Below, one piece after another: positions 27,612 through 36,711 of a stretch of 47,070 bases of DNA. Each line of letters begins with the position of its first letter. The first letter of the stretch is position 1. Both the position numbers and the translations under genes were made by a program. Below the pieces are notes generated by a model. That model saw only the letters and a list, made by a program, of their open reading frames with translations, had not been told where the DNA came from and made no database searches. The DNA is from a bacterium (GTDB taxonomy: Bacteria > Patescibacteriota > Minisyncoccia > Phycocordibacterales > UBA1550), in assembly GCA_021823825.1 (NCBI GenBank), contig JAKANJ010000001.1, positions 1 to 47,070 of the forward strand, given 5' to 3'.

Positions 27612-29555
27612 CTACCAATCAAGGCGGATTATCGGCTCATGCTCGCTGTCCCCCGCCTCAAGCTCAATGTACGCATCGTCAATATCTGCAAGAAATTCTG
27701 ATGGAAGATTTACTTGGCGCTTACCAAAAATAGTTCGCACCGACGCATAGGAGAGAAATAGTTTTTTCTTTGCGCGAGTAATTGCAACATAGAATAAGCG
27801 GCGTTCTTCCTCTTCATCTTCCTTTGTCACATTCCCCGCACTCATTTTACGATGGGGGAAAAGGTCTTGTTCGAGGCCTGTAATAAAAACATAAGGAAAC
27901 TCGAGTCCCTTTGCTGCGTGTACGGTCATAATTTTTACAGCACTTTCGCTCTTAATAAGAGAGTCCTGGTCACTTGCGAGCGCGGCATCCGCAAGAAGTC
28001 TCTCCACCGCTTCCTCTGGTGGCAGAAAATCGTATTTTGTAGCAAGGGTCACCATTTCATGAATGTTCTCAAGGCGGTCATTGTCTTCGTCAGAGCCTGT
28101 TTTTAAAGAAGCCTCAATCCCTGTTTTTTCAGAAACAAATTTAATAAGTTTTGATGTTTTTTCTACCGATGCGTACTCGCGAATGCTAGACAAAAGCTGC
28201 CAAAACTCTGCTACACGCTTTTTTGCTGCGGGTGCGAGACTCTCTTCATCTTTTGCAAACATTTTAATAAGCGTAGATTTTCCGATTCCGCGCGGGGGCA
28301 CGTCAATGATTCGTTTGATATCCGAGAAACTTTCTGGATTAAGCGCTGCACGTATAAAAGAAAGAATGTCCTTTACTTCTTTTCGTTCAAAAAAACGAAC
28401 GCCTAAAACTTGGTAGGGAATTTCCATTACAAGAAACCCCTCTTCGAGTGCTCTTGATTGAAAGTTCGCACGATAGAGAACCGCAATTTCTTCGGGTTTT
28501 ACCCCGTTGTCAATAAGCTTTTTGATCCGATCCCCCACCGTTCGAGCTTCGCCGTTTTCGTCATAACTTTGAAGCAGGGTAATTTTTTCGCCCTCGTCAT
28601 TTTTAGTAAATAAATTTTTATCTTTTCTGATGGTGTTTTTTTTGATTACATCGTTTGCAGCAGCGAGAATGGTTTGCGTTGAACGATAATTTTCTTCAAG
28701 GAGGACTGTTTGCGCACCATTGTAGTCTTTCTCAAAATTTAAAATATTTTGAACGTTTGCCCCTCGCCAGCTATAAATATTTTGGTCACCGTCACCAACT
28801 GCGCAGATGTTCATGCGGTCACCAGCAAGAAGCCGTGCGAGCTCGTACTGCACGCCATTAGTGTCTTGGTATTCGTCAATGTGAATATACTGCCATCTTT
28901 TTTGGTATTCCTTTCTCACATTTTCGTGGTCTCGGAGAAGGAGAACTGTTTTCAGCAATAAGTCATCAAAATCAAGCGACTGCTCTCGCGCAAGGGACGC
29001 TTCGTATCGATCCCACACTGATGATACAATTCCGCCAAAATAGGTACTTCCAGACTCCCTGCGGTATTCCGAGGCGGTCATTAGGTTGCCTTTTTGGCGC
29101 GAGATAACGCCAGCAATTCTGTCGGGAGAAAATTGTTTTATATCAAGCCCTTGAGCTTTCACCGCTTCTTTAATAAGCGAAAGTGAATTAGTTTTATCTA
29201 GAATCGTAAAATGCCTTGTTAAACCAAAAACATGAGCGTGTGCACGAAGAATATAGACTCCAAGGGAGTGAAATGTTCCGATAAAAGGGCGCGCATCACC
29301 ATCGCGGACACCCGCGGCGAACCCGTGTTTTTCAAGGAGCGAGTCAACGCGTTCAAGCATTTCCTTTGCTGCCTTATTGGTGAAGGTGATTGCCAAAATA
29401 TTTTGTGGGGCTACCCCTTCTTTTATAAGGTTAAGAATGCGATGGGTGAGAGTGCTTGTTTTTCCTGTTCCTGCACCAGCAATAATAAGCATGGGCCCAT
29501 CCTTATGCAGGGCCGCCTTTTTTTGCATATTATTTAAGTGCTCTAAGTGTTCCAT
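27612..29555 (-). CDS. pcrA: UvrD/PcrA ATP-dependent DNA helicase
   Basis: AGAGTGKT, TFTNKAA, IDEYQD, VGDGDQNIY, ENYRS, LYRAN, TVHAAKGLEF, EERRLFYVAITRA; start MEHLEHLN at 29555. Confidence 0.95.
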   Translation of the reverse strand: MEHLEHLNNMQKKAALHKDGPMLIIAGAGTGKTSTLTHRILNLIKEGVAPQNILAITFTNKAAKEMLERVDSLLEKHGFAAGVRDGDARPFIGTFHSLGVYILRAHAHVFGLTRHFTILDKTNSLSLIKEAVKAQGLDIKQFSPDRIAGVISRQKGNLMTASEYRRESGSTYFGGIVSSVWDRYEASLAREQSLDFDDLLLKTVLLLRDHENVRKEYQKRWQYIHIDEYQDTNGVQYELARLLAGDRMNICAVGDGDQNIYSWRGANVQNILNFEKDYNGAQTVLLEENYRSTQTILAAANDVIKKNTIRKDKNLFTKNDEGEKITLLQSYDENGEARTVGDRIKKLIDNGVKPEEIAVLYRANFQSRALEEGFLVMEIPYQVLGVRFFERKEVKDILSFIRAALNPESFSDIKRIIDVPPRGIGKSTLIKMFAKDEESLAPAAKKRVAEFWQLLSSIREYASVEKTSKLIKFVSEKTGIEASLKTGSDEDNDRLENIHEMVTLATKYDFLPPEEAVERLLADAALASDQDSLIKSESAVKIMTVHAAKGLEFPYVFITGLEQDLFPHRKMSAGNVTKEDEEEERRLFYVAITRAKKKLFLSYASVRTIFGKRQVNLPSEFLADIDDAYIELEAGDSEHEPIIRLDW

Positions 29556-29620
29556 CCGTGCTACTGTAGCACAAAATTGCCAGAACGTATTTTTAAATTC
29601 TGTCGATTGCGTGCCCCGTA

Positions 29621-29671
29621 ATAACATAGGGCGCATTTTGAAAGTAGTTTTCAAAATGCGCCCTATGTTAT
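29621..29671. repeat. 23-bp perfect inverted repeat with 5-nt loop
   Basis: ATAACATAGGGCGCATTTTGAAA-GTAGT-TTTCAAAATGCGCCCTATGTTAT. Confidence 0.9.
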
Positions 29672-29694
29672 GTTAAACGTGCACGTTGTTGTGT

Positions 29695-30033
29695 CTACAG
29701 GGTGGCCTCATCAGGAAGATCTTCCTTCGCAATGTGTTCTGCGGGGTGCTCCTTAAAGCTCAGTATTACTTTTTTGAGCTCTTGCTCCATCATTTGGTGA
29801 AGGCCAGGTGCATTTTCCTCAAGAAACAACTGAATGTGTGTGGGGTCTCCTGTGGCAGTTATACGATCAAACTCCTCTCTTGCTGCGGGGGTGAGCCTTT
29901 CAAAAATAGCAGCAGTCAAGGATCGTAAAACGATCTCCCCTATTTTCCCAACGATCTCGTCTTGTGCCTCTCCAGAGAGATTTTCAATGCCGAGTTCTTT
30001 TATTAACGTTTCACGGATTGCTTGATTGTTCAT
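29695..30033 (-). CDS. Small helical conserved hypothetical protein (DUF5663-like)
   Basis: ELGIENL..EAQ.E, RLT.....EF, FLEENAP...MM.QE; family recognised from memory only. Confidence 0.6.
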   Translation of the reverse strand: MNNQAIRETLIKELGIENLSGEAQDEIVGKIGEIVLRSLTAAIFERLTPAAREEFDRITATGDPTHIQLFLEENAPGLHQMMEQELKKVILSFKEHPAEHIAKEDLPDEATL

Positions 30034-30037
30034 ATTG

Positions 30038-32212
30038 CTATTTTTCTGCTTTTTTTGTAAATCTATTAATTGTAATTGCTGCTGCCCGGGTTAGATAATC
30101 CTCTGCCTTTTCTTGGGGTTCTGGGTGGACGTCTGTTTCTGCAATTGCAAGAGCAAGGTACTCACGCATTTTTTTTGTTGCCTCCGGGTTGTTTATACCA
30201 ATGTTTTTCATCCCAGGTTTCAAAACTGAAGGTTCTGGCTTTGCCTCCAGAATTTCCGCAACTGTTTTTCCAGAAAATCCCCAAAGCTCATCCTTCCAGT
30301 GGGGTGAGTTTGCTCCTTCCATCTTTCCTAACCCCCAAAAACCTTTTCGGCCCCAAAAAATATTGAGATGCTCGCGTACTTGTGCATCTGCTGACGCCAG
30401 TATCTGTGGATCGTGGGGCATTATTTCCTGTGGCATTGTTTGTGGCTGTTCATGGTTTTCGACTGTGGGCAGCGGGTCATCAATAACCTCCTTTTCAACA
30501 GGCAATGGGGCAATCGGTTTTTCCGCAGTCTTCATTTGGACGCGTTTTTCTGCGTCTGCAAGCATTTGCTCGTGAGAATAGACCAACGTATCGTTGCTGT
30601 CTGGGCTAAATTGCTCCCTTGGATCAGGCGTTGGTGATTCATGCAGCACTTCTTTTTCTGTGAAAGTACTACTTTCCACAGCAGATGAAATTTTTTTTAT
30701 TTCTGATTGGGCAGAAGTAAACACCGGGGACTGTTTTTTATCGTCTGTTGGATACAAGTCATCTCGAATTACTGGATCCAGGTCGGGTTCGCTAATAGGC
30801 AAAAAAATAGAGTTGCTATCTTCGGGTTTTTTTACAGGATCAATTTTTTTGTATTCTGTTAGAGGTTTTGTTTCCTTCACATCGACAAGATAATCTTTTT
30901 TCTTCGCTTGTTGTTTGGTACTTTCAGGTAGCTTGTCTTTTAGTGGAGGAAAGATCCCCTTGGTCTTCATAAAATTTTCAATTACGACAGAAGCTGCTCG
31001 GTAGAGATAATCCTCAACCTTTTCAGATTTTTCTGGGGTGACGCCAGATTCATCCATTGCAAAGGTAAGATATCCTTGTATTTTTTTAAGTGCTACAGGA
31101 CTTTTAATACCAATTTGTTTTTCCACTGCCGGGGATTGCGTTGGCACCATCTGCAGTACTTCGCTTGCTGTTTTTTTACTAAACCCGACAAGTGCGTCGT
31201 TCCAGTCAGGAGAAGTGCTCCCTGATTTTTTGCCAATACCAAGGAACCCCTTAGACCCAAAAAGAAAATCAAGATGCTTCCGCACCTGTCTTTTTGCGTA
31301 TGCAAAGGCTTGTGGGTTGCTTGGCTGTGCACTCTTTGAAACGGCTGGTTCCACGCTTGTTGTGGGCATGGAAGGACTTTGCGTGTCCACTGAAGAAGAT
31401 CCTTTTAGTAAGTCCTCTCCAATAGATATTTTCTCTTCAGGTTTTTCATCAACAAGTGGTTTAATGGGCTCTGCTGGTGTCTCGTTTGCAATGGGTATCG
31501 TTTGTGACACGGGAGCTTTGTTAGAAGAAGCTTCTTTGTCAGCATTTGCTTCTTCGTGGGTATAGAGAACACTCTCCTCGGGCGCCCCGTCTGCCTTATT
31601 AGACGAATCATACCCTTCGCTTTTTTTGACAAGGTCTGAAATTTCTTGGTGAAGAGTAAATGCTGTTGCTCTAGATCTGTTTACTTCCCCTTCTGCTTGT
31701 TTGTCTTCAGGGTTCAAGTTGAATCGATGCTCTGCCGCTGCCTGATGGGTGCGCAAGTGGTCGTAATCACGCCACTTTTTAATAAGGTCTGCCATCATTG
31801 CGCGATCTCTGGAAAAAGACTTTTCTGGAATAATTTTAGAAAGTGTTTGAGATCGGTCGCGCGCTTCCTCTATTAGTGTTTCTAGGCGTTTTGTTGTGCT
31901 TTTGGTAAGTCCCGCCCTTTTTGCTTCCTCAAGTTGCTTTTCAAGAATGCGAACCTGCTCAATGAGACCTGATTTGTCCGACTCGAGGCGTGCGATGTCA
32001 TGCTCAAGGTGCCCTTCCGACATTTGGATATGGTGAATGGAGCGTTTAATATCTGGATTTGTTTTTCCAATACGTCCATATGTGTGGACGGGAGGGTGGT
32101 GTATTGCAGGTCTACTTTTTTTTACAGGATCAACGGTGCCCGTGGTTGACTGGTCTGCTGCTTTTGATGGGTCAATGTTCTTGTTTTGTGTGTCGTCTTT
32201 TTGAATATCCAT
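30038..32212 (-). CDS. Large hypothetical protein with coiled coil and two copies of a ~115-aa domain
   Basis: QVRKHLDFLFGSKGFLGIGK..G..SPDW vs QVREHLNIFWGRKGFWGLGK..G..SPHW; EKVEDYLYRAA vs EKAEDYLTRAA. Confidence 0.75.
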   Translation of the reverse strand: MDIQKDDTQNKNIDPSKAADQSTTGTVDPVKKSRPAIHHPPVHTYGRIGKTNPDIKRSIHHIQMSEGHLEHDIARLESDKSGLIEQVRILEKQLEEAKRAGLTKSTTKRLETLIEEARDRSQTLSKIIPEKSFSRDRAMMADLIKKWRDYDHLRTHQAAAEHRFNLNPEDKQAEGEVNRSRATAFTLHQEISDLVKKSEGYDSSNKADGAPEESVLYTHEEANADKEASSNKAPVSQTIPIANETPAEPIKPLVDEKPEEKISIGEDLLKGSSSVDTQSPSMPTTSVEPAVSKSAQPSNPQAFAYAKRQVRKHLDFLFGSKGFLGIGKKSGSTSPDWNDALVGFSKKTASEVLQMVPTQSPAVEKQIGIKSPVALKKIQGYLTFAMDESGVTPEKSEKVEDYLYRAASVVIENFMKTKGIFPPLKDKLPESTKQQAKKKDYLVDVKETKPLTEYKKIDPVKKPEDSNSIFLPISEPDLDPVIRDDLYPTDDKKQSPVFTSAQSEIKKISSAVESSTFTEKEVLHESPTPDPREQFSPDSNDTLVYSHEQMLADAEKRVQMKTAEKPIAPLPVEKEVIDDPLPTVENHEQPQTMPQEIMPHDPQILASADAQVREHLNIFWGRKGFWGLGKMEGANSPHWKDELWGFSGKTVAEILEAKPEPSVLKPGMKNIGINNPEATKKMREYLALAIAETDVHPEPQEKAEDYLTRAAAITINRFTKKAEK

Positions 32213-32303
32213 ACAATTATTCCAATAGTATCGCATATTTTTTCATCTGTGTATAACTAAGCACTAAAATATTATTGAAAATGTAAAAACTTGACCATTT
32301 TTG

Positions 32304-32312
32304 TTATCCACA
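32304..32312 (+). promoter_or_regulatory. Perfect DnaA box in divergent promoter region
   Basis: TTATCCACA; TGTGTATAA also at 32248-32256. Confidence 0.45.
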
Positions 32313-32552
32313 GCATAGAACTAGACGAATCTCCTCAAGAGGGTCATTTTGTGGTAGTCTTTAGGGTAGCAATGGGGGTTGGCCCCTTCGCTCTCCGAAC
32401 AGACGATATCTCCCGACACGAACGCATGACGGACACGGTTCATAACAAATAGACTTATTTCTACTAAATTTCATGACCCCCTCCAGAGGCGCATTGGCGC
32501 AGGTTGGGCGAAATATGCTTACGTTTCAAGGCTCGCTAGCATCGGGCTTCCT

Positions 32553-33548
32553 TTGCTATTTATTGGGGTTTGGCTAAGTACGTCGCATACGCAAATTGCA
32601 TCTGCAAGTCAGGTTTCTATTTTGAACTCCGAGAACTCCCAAACAATTGACCTCCTCCAAGCGGGATCAATGATTGACCAAAACGGTGGTAAGGGAGGTG
32701 GAGACATTACTATTCTGGATAATACCGCAATAGCGCCCGATGCGGGACCAGCAGGGACTATCGCAGATATCCAAGCAAATGATTATCAGGGTGCTACGAG
32801 CGTATATATTGTTCACAAGGGCGACACCTTGCCACAGATTGCAAAAATGTTCAATTTAAATTTGGACACAATTCTTTGGGCAAACAATTTGACACGGAAC
32901 TCGGCAATTCATGAGGGAGATTCGCTCGTTATTCTCCCCGTTAACGGCGTTCAGCATATTGTAAAAAAGGGTGACACTATAAATAGTATTGCGAAGAAAT
33001 ACGGCGCAAAAGTTGCCGATGTTCTTGATTTTAACGATATTCTCGCTGGGCAGGTTCTTTCTGTTGGCGACATTATTATCGTTCCCAATGGGATAACACA
33101 AATCAATACCACCTCGAAATCATCATCTTCTCCGGTGGTGAGCTCTTTGGCTGCCGTGCGCGCAAGGCTCATCGCGTCCTATCCTTCTATGCCGGGATAC
33201 TTCAAGAACCCACTTCCTGAAGGACATAAAACACAAGGAATCCATGGATACAACGGTGTTGATCTTGCGGCACCTAAGGGTAGTCCTGTATATGCTGCGG
33301 CAGACGGTATTGTCTCTGTTAGCCACTTTAAACCTTTGACCGACCCATGGTTTGGCGGGTATGGTAACTATATTGATATTAATCACCCAAATGGGACGCA
33401 AACACGATATGCGCATCTTAGCGAAGTTTATGTAAAGGCTGGTGCGCACATAAGCCAAGGACAGATAATCGGTGCAGTTGGAAGCACGGGGGAATCAACA
33501 GGGCCACACCTCCACTTTGAAATTCACGGAGCAAAAAATCCTTTTTAA
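32553..33548 (+). CDS. LysM-LysM-M23 peptidoglycan endopeptidase (start uncertain)
   Basis: YIVHKGDTL.QIA, HIVKKGDTINSIA; H.YNGVD, GGYGNY, YAHL, STGPHLHFE; frame is open upstream to 32430. Confidence 0.9.
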   Translation: MLFIGVWLSTSHTQIASASQVSILNSENSQTIDLLQAGSMIDQNGGKGGGDITILDNTAIAPDAGPAGTIADIQANDYQGATSVYIVHKGDTLPQIAKMFNLNLDTILWANNLTRNSAIHEGDSLVILPVNGVQHIVKKGDTINSIAKKYGAKVADVLDFNDILAGQVLSVGDIIIVPNGITQINTTSKSSSSPVVSSLAAVRARLIASYPSMPGYFKNPLPEGHKTQGIHGYNGVDLAAPKGSPVYAAADGIVSVSHFKPLTDPWFGGYGNYIDINHPNGTQTRYAHLSEVYVKAGAHISQGQIIGAVGSTGESTGPHLHFEIHGAKNPF

Positions 33549-33563
33549 CCCCACCTGAACCAG

Positions 33564-33605
33564 CAAAAAAGGTCCGACCTTTTGTAAAAGGTCGGACCTT
33601 TTTTG
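33564..33605. terminator. 20-bp inverted repeat built from two AAGGTC(C/G)GACCTT units; bidirectional terminator / REP-like
   Basis: CAAAAAAGGTCCGACCTTTT-GT-AAAAGGTCGGACCTTTTTTG. Confidence 0.78.
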
Positions 33606-35144
33606 TTATCGCATCTCCTGCGGTCGGTATGCGAGAGCTTCAAGAATATGAGATTCAGTAATATCTGTTGACCCATCGAGGTCTGCAATTGTTCGTGCAA
33701 CCTTGAGTGTTTTGTGGTGCGCTCGCGGCGAGAGTTTAAGCTGTTCTGCGGAGGTATTAAATAATGTGCGCAGTTTTGGAGTTAAAATAATAAATTGTTC
33801 AATATCATTTGCACGCATCTCGCTGTTTGTTGTGATTGCTCGTTTATGATTGGCGAAGCGCAGTGCCTGGCGAGCGCGCGCCTGCGAAACCCTGTTACGA
33901 ACATCTATTGTTGATTCCCCTTTTTGTGTGTTTGAAAGTTTTTCATGACTCATATGAGAAACTTTCGCCCAAAGCTCAATGCGGTCAACGATTGGACCTG
34001 ATATTTTGCGCGTGTAGGATGCCAGCGTTCCCGGCATGCAGGTGCAACGCTCCTCACTGCCATATTTTCCGCACGGGCACGGGTTCATTGCTGCAATTAA
34101 TATGAAACGTGCGGGAAATGTCTCAAACCCTTTGCTTCTTGTTATTCGGATGTGGCCCTCCTCAAGAGGCTCACGAAGAGACTCGATAACGCGACGGTCA
34201 AACTCTGGAAACTCATCAAGGAAGAGAACACCTCGGTGTGCAAGGGTTATTTCTCCTGGTTTTGGTATCGCTCCACCCCCAATCACTGAAGGGTATGAAG
34301 CGGTATGGTGTGGTGCACGAAGTGGTGGTCTAACAATAATGTCCTCACGTAATGTTCCCGCAACCGAATGAATTCCTGTAACCTCGAGTGACTGTTCTTC
34401 TAAAAGATCTGGCAGAAGGTGGGGGAACGCTTGTGCAAGCATTGTTTTTCCTGTGCCGGGTGGTCCCCACATTGCAATATTGTGATTCCCTGCTGCCGCT
34501 ATCTCTAATGCTCGTTTAGTAAACTCTTGTCCCTTGATATGTTCAAAATCTACCATAGTTTCATCCTTGTATGTTTCCTGTTTAAGAGAGGGCGAATGAA
34601 TGTACGGCTTAATCTCAAAAGTTTTCTTTTTATCAAGATGGTCAATGACTTCACGGAGGGTGTTGGCCGGGTAAATCTGAATGTCAGCCACCAGTGACGC
34701 CTCTCGTGCGTTTGCTGTTGGGACAAAGATACTTGTAAGACCTACATCTTTTGCTCTGTGGGCAAGGAGTAAGGTTCCATGAATAGGACGAAGCGAGCCA
34801 TCAAGAGAAAGTTCCCCTAGAAACATTTTTTCGCTTGGGTCAAAGCCAATTTCGCCGGAAGCGTTAAGGTAGGCAAGCGCTATTGCGAGGTCGTAATGCG
34901 ACCCCTCTTTTTTGAGCTCAGCAGGAGCAAGGGAAATGACAATTTTCTGGTTCTTTTGCTTCGGTGAAGTAAACCCAGAGTTTTTTATTGCAGCGCTGAC
35001 TCTATCTTGAGATTCATCTACCGACGTGCTGGGAAGGCCCACTAACGAAAAAGCATGCAGACCTCGCGATAGGTCTACTTCAACATCTACAATATGAGCA
35101 ACAAGTCCAACTATCTGAGCAGAATACAGTTTGGAAAACTGCAT
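33606..35144 (-). CDS. comM: ComM/YifB Mg-chelatase-like AAA+ helicase
   Basis: VGLP, LAPA.LKKEG..YDL, GELSLDG, GPPGTGKTM, RAPHH, PGEITLAHRGVLFLDE, AMNPCPCG, ARTIADL. Confidence 0.93.
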   Translation of the reverse strand: MQFSKLYSAQIVGLVAHIVDVEVDLSRGLHAFSLVGLPSTSVDESQDRVSAAIKNSGFTSPKQKNQKIVISLAPAELKKEGSHYDLAIALAYLNASGEIGFDPSEKMFLGELSLDGSLRPIHGTLLLAHRAKDVGLTSIFVPTANAREASLVADIQIYPANTLREVIDHLDKKKTFEIKPYIHSPSLKQETYKDETMVDFEHIKGQEFTKRALEIAAAGNHNIAMWGPPGTGKTMLAQAFPHLLPDLLEEQSLEVTGIHSVAGTLREDIIVRPPLRAPHHTASYPSVIGGGAIPKPGEITLAHRGVLFLDEFPEFDRRVIESLREPLEEGHIRITRSKGFETFPARFILIAAMNPCPCGKYGSEERCTCMPGTLASYTRKISGPIVDRIELWAKVSHMSHEKLSNTQKGESTIDVRNRVSQARARQALRFANHKRAITTNSEMRANDIEQFIILTPKLRTLFNTSAEQLKLSPRAHHKTLKVARTIADLDGSTDITESHILEALAYRPQEMR

Positions 35145-35150
35145 AAAGCT

Positions 35151-35510
35151 TTACCCTTCTCGATGAGCGATGCAGGTGACTGCGGCAGGGTTAGCACGGA
35201 GACGAGCTTCCTCAATCTCTTCTTTGCAAACTCGACAAAGTCCATAGGTACCAAGCTCTATCCTTGTAAGTGCAGCATCAATTTCCATCAGGCGTGCCTC
35301 AAGCTCAACCTCAACTGCGGCATTTCCTTCAAACTCTTCTATGCTATCAGCAACATCATTTGGGTCTGCAGTTGGATTATTTAAATCTGGAGCGGAGGGT
35401 TCCCAGTCACCCTTAATCTCCGGATTTTTGTGCGCAATGCCGGTGAGCTCTCCCTCAATGCGCGCTTTTTCTTTAAGAAGCAGTTTTTTGTAGTCTGATG
35501 TATTTTTCAT
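35151..35510 (-). CDS. DksA/TraR family zinc-finger protein
   Basis: Coiled coil with DPNDVAD tip, AL.RIE.GTYGLCRVC...RL.ANP...CIAH; start MKNTSDY at 35510. Confidence 0.85.
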   Translation of the reverse strand: MKNTSDYKKLLLKEKARIEGELTGIAHKNPEIKGDWEPSAPDLNNPTADPNDVADSIEEFEGNAAVEVELEARLMEIDAALTRIELGTYGLCRVCKEEIEEARLRANPAAVTCIAHREG

Positions 35511-35563
35511 ACGGTACAGTGTACCCCGACGGTTGTTCAAAAACAAGCGCACCTTACGAGAAA

Positions 35564-36598
35564 TTATTTTTGCAGAAGCTGAATAATTTTCCCAAGTGAA
35601 GTTGGGCTACTGGTTATTACAATTGTGCTGTTGTCTGCAAACGCATATGCCACAATACCTCCCGGCATGTTCCCCAATACGCGTGCATCCTTGCCTCCAA
35701 TAATTAAGTCTATAAATTTTGCAGTGTTTGGTACCGTGGATTCAATTTTCGTCCCAAAAATATTATCAAAACCTTGGGCGAGAGACGGTTCCCATGCAAG
35801 CATTGCTGCCCGTCCTATGTCCGGATCAGAAACCTTCAAAATTATAAATGATGCTGGCACGCCACCCTTTTCTCCTATAAGGCCGAACATAAAAGGTGCT
35901 TCAAGTGATGGAATGATACTGCTGGGGGCAAGTGCTCCCATAAAACTAAGAACGCGACTTGAAGAAGCGGCCGGCCCAGCAAGTCCCGTTGTGTCTACAG
36001 AGGGGTTTTCCGAGAAATAAAAATTTCTGATTGACCCTTCGGGGAGACTTGCCGTACGGTCAACCGAGATCATCGCTGCAATGTGCGCAGGCGTTTCATC
36101 GGTAAGCGCAAAACGCTTCTCGGATTGAGGAAGGAGAAGGGCTTGTGCCAGTATGGGGACAGGCACAGGGGCCGTAGTTGTTGCCGTTGGCGTTGTTGAG
36201 GTAGGGCCTCCAAAACCTAAAAATCCCGATGTTGGAAGAGAGATCTTTGAAATGTTTGTGGCAACAAGTTTATAGACAATTCTCCCCGCAATAAGAATAA
36301 GAACGATGAGGATGACGATAAATACTCTCCCGTGACGTTTTGGTGCGGGAGGGGTCGCTTCAGCCTGCGCCTGTTTTGCTGCAAGGGCTTCTGCGCGAAG
36401 GCGCTCTTGTTTTTTCGCCTCCGCAAGTGCAATTGAGGCAACTGTTTCTTTTTGCTTCGTTATAACTTCAGCAATATCATTTTTCATTGTGCGAAGAATG
36501 GGTATTGTAGGTGAACTGTCTTTTCCTGGCGTGGTCGGCGGAGTGCCTTCGTATGTGCCAGGCTTGAGTACTGGGCTTGTCTCAGTAGTAGGTTCCAT
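35564..36598 (-). CDS. Single-pass membrane hypothetical protein
   Basis: LRTMKNDIAE, SIALAE, one TM, T-rich linker, AMLAWE, F.D..I.GKDARVL. Confidence 0.7.
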   Translation of the reverse strand: MEPTTETSPVLKPGTYEGTPPTTPGKDSSPTIPILRTMKNDIAEVITKQKETVASIALAEAKKQERLRAEALAAKQAQAEATPPAPKRHGRVFIVILIVLILIAGRIVYKLVATNISKISLPTSGFLGFGGPTSTTPTATTTAPVPVPILAQALLLPQSEKRFALTDETPAHIAAMISVDRTASLPEGSIRNFYFSENPSVDTTGLAGPAASSSRVLSFMGALAPSSIIPSLEAPFMFGLIGEKGGVPASFIILKVSDPDIGRAAMLAWEPSLAQGFDNIFGTKIESTVPNTAKFIDLIIGGKDARVLGNMPGGIVAYAFADNSTIVITSSPTSLGKIIQLLQK

Positions 36599-36651
36599 AT
36601 ATCTATTATAACGCAAATATATTTTGCAACAAATATTATATTGACGTACAG

Positions 36652-36711
36652 AGACCTAGCGAATACTAAAAACCCGATGCATGCATCGGGTTTTTAGTAT
36701 TCGCTAGGTCT
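36652..36711. repeat. 60-bp perfect loop-less palindrome
   Basis: AGACCTAGCGAATACTAAAAACCCGATGCA|TGCATCGGGTTTTTAGTATTCGCTAGGTCT. Confidence 0.92.

Noticed and set aside
23197..29654. Longer N-termini in the ORF track (23280, 27618, 29654; also 3521, 4085, 12266, 35552, 36616, 37901, 44589)
   Set aside because: The extensions run through promoter boxes, inverted repeats or the MITE-like element. Downstream ATGs match family starts.
29651..29678. dif site
   Set aside because: Only the XerD-like arm matches. The TGCGC XerC-like part is 4 bp out of register, and the site is ~20 kb from the predicted origin rather than at the terminus.
32320..32430. Canonical c-di-AMP or c-di-GMP riboswitch before the M23 gene
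   Set aside because: Consensus blocks (GCTGAA...GGAACC...GTCAGCTAA; GGCAAACC...GACGCAAAG) are not present. Kept only as an unnamed leader candidate.
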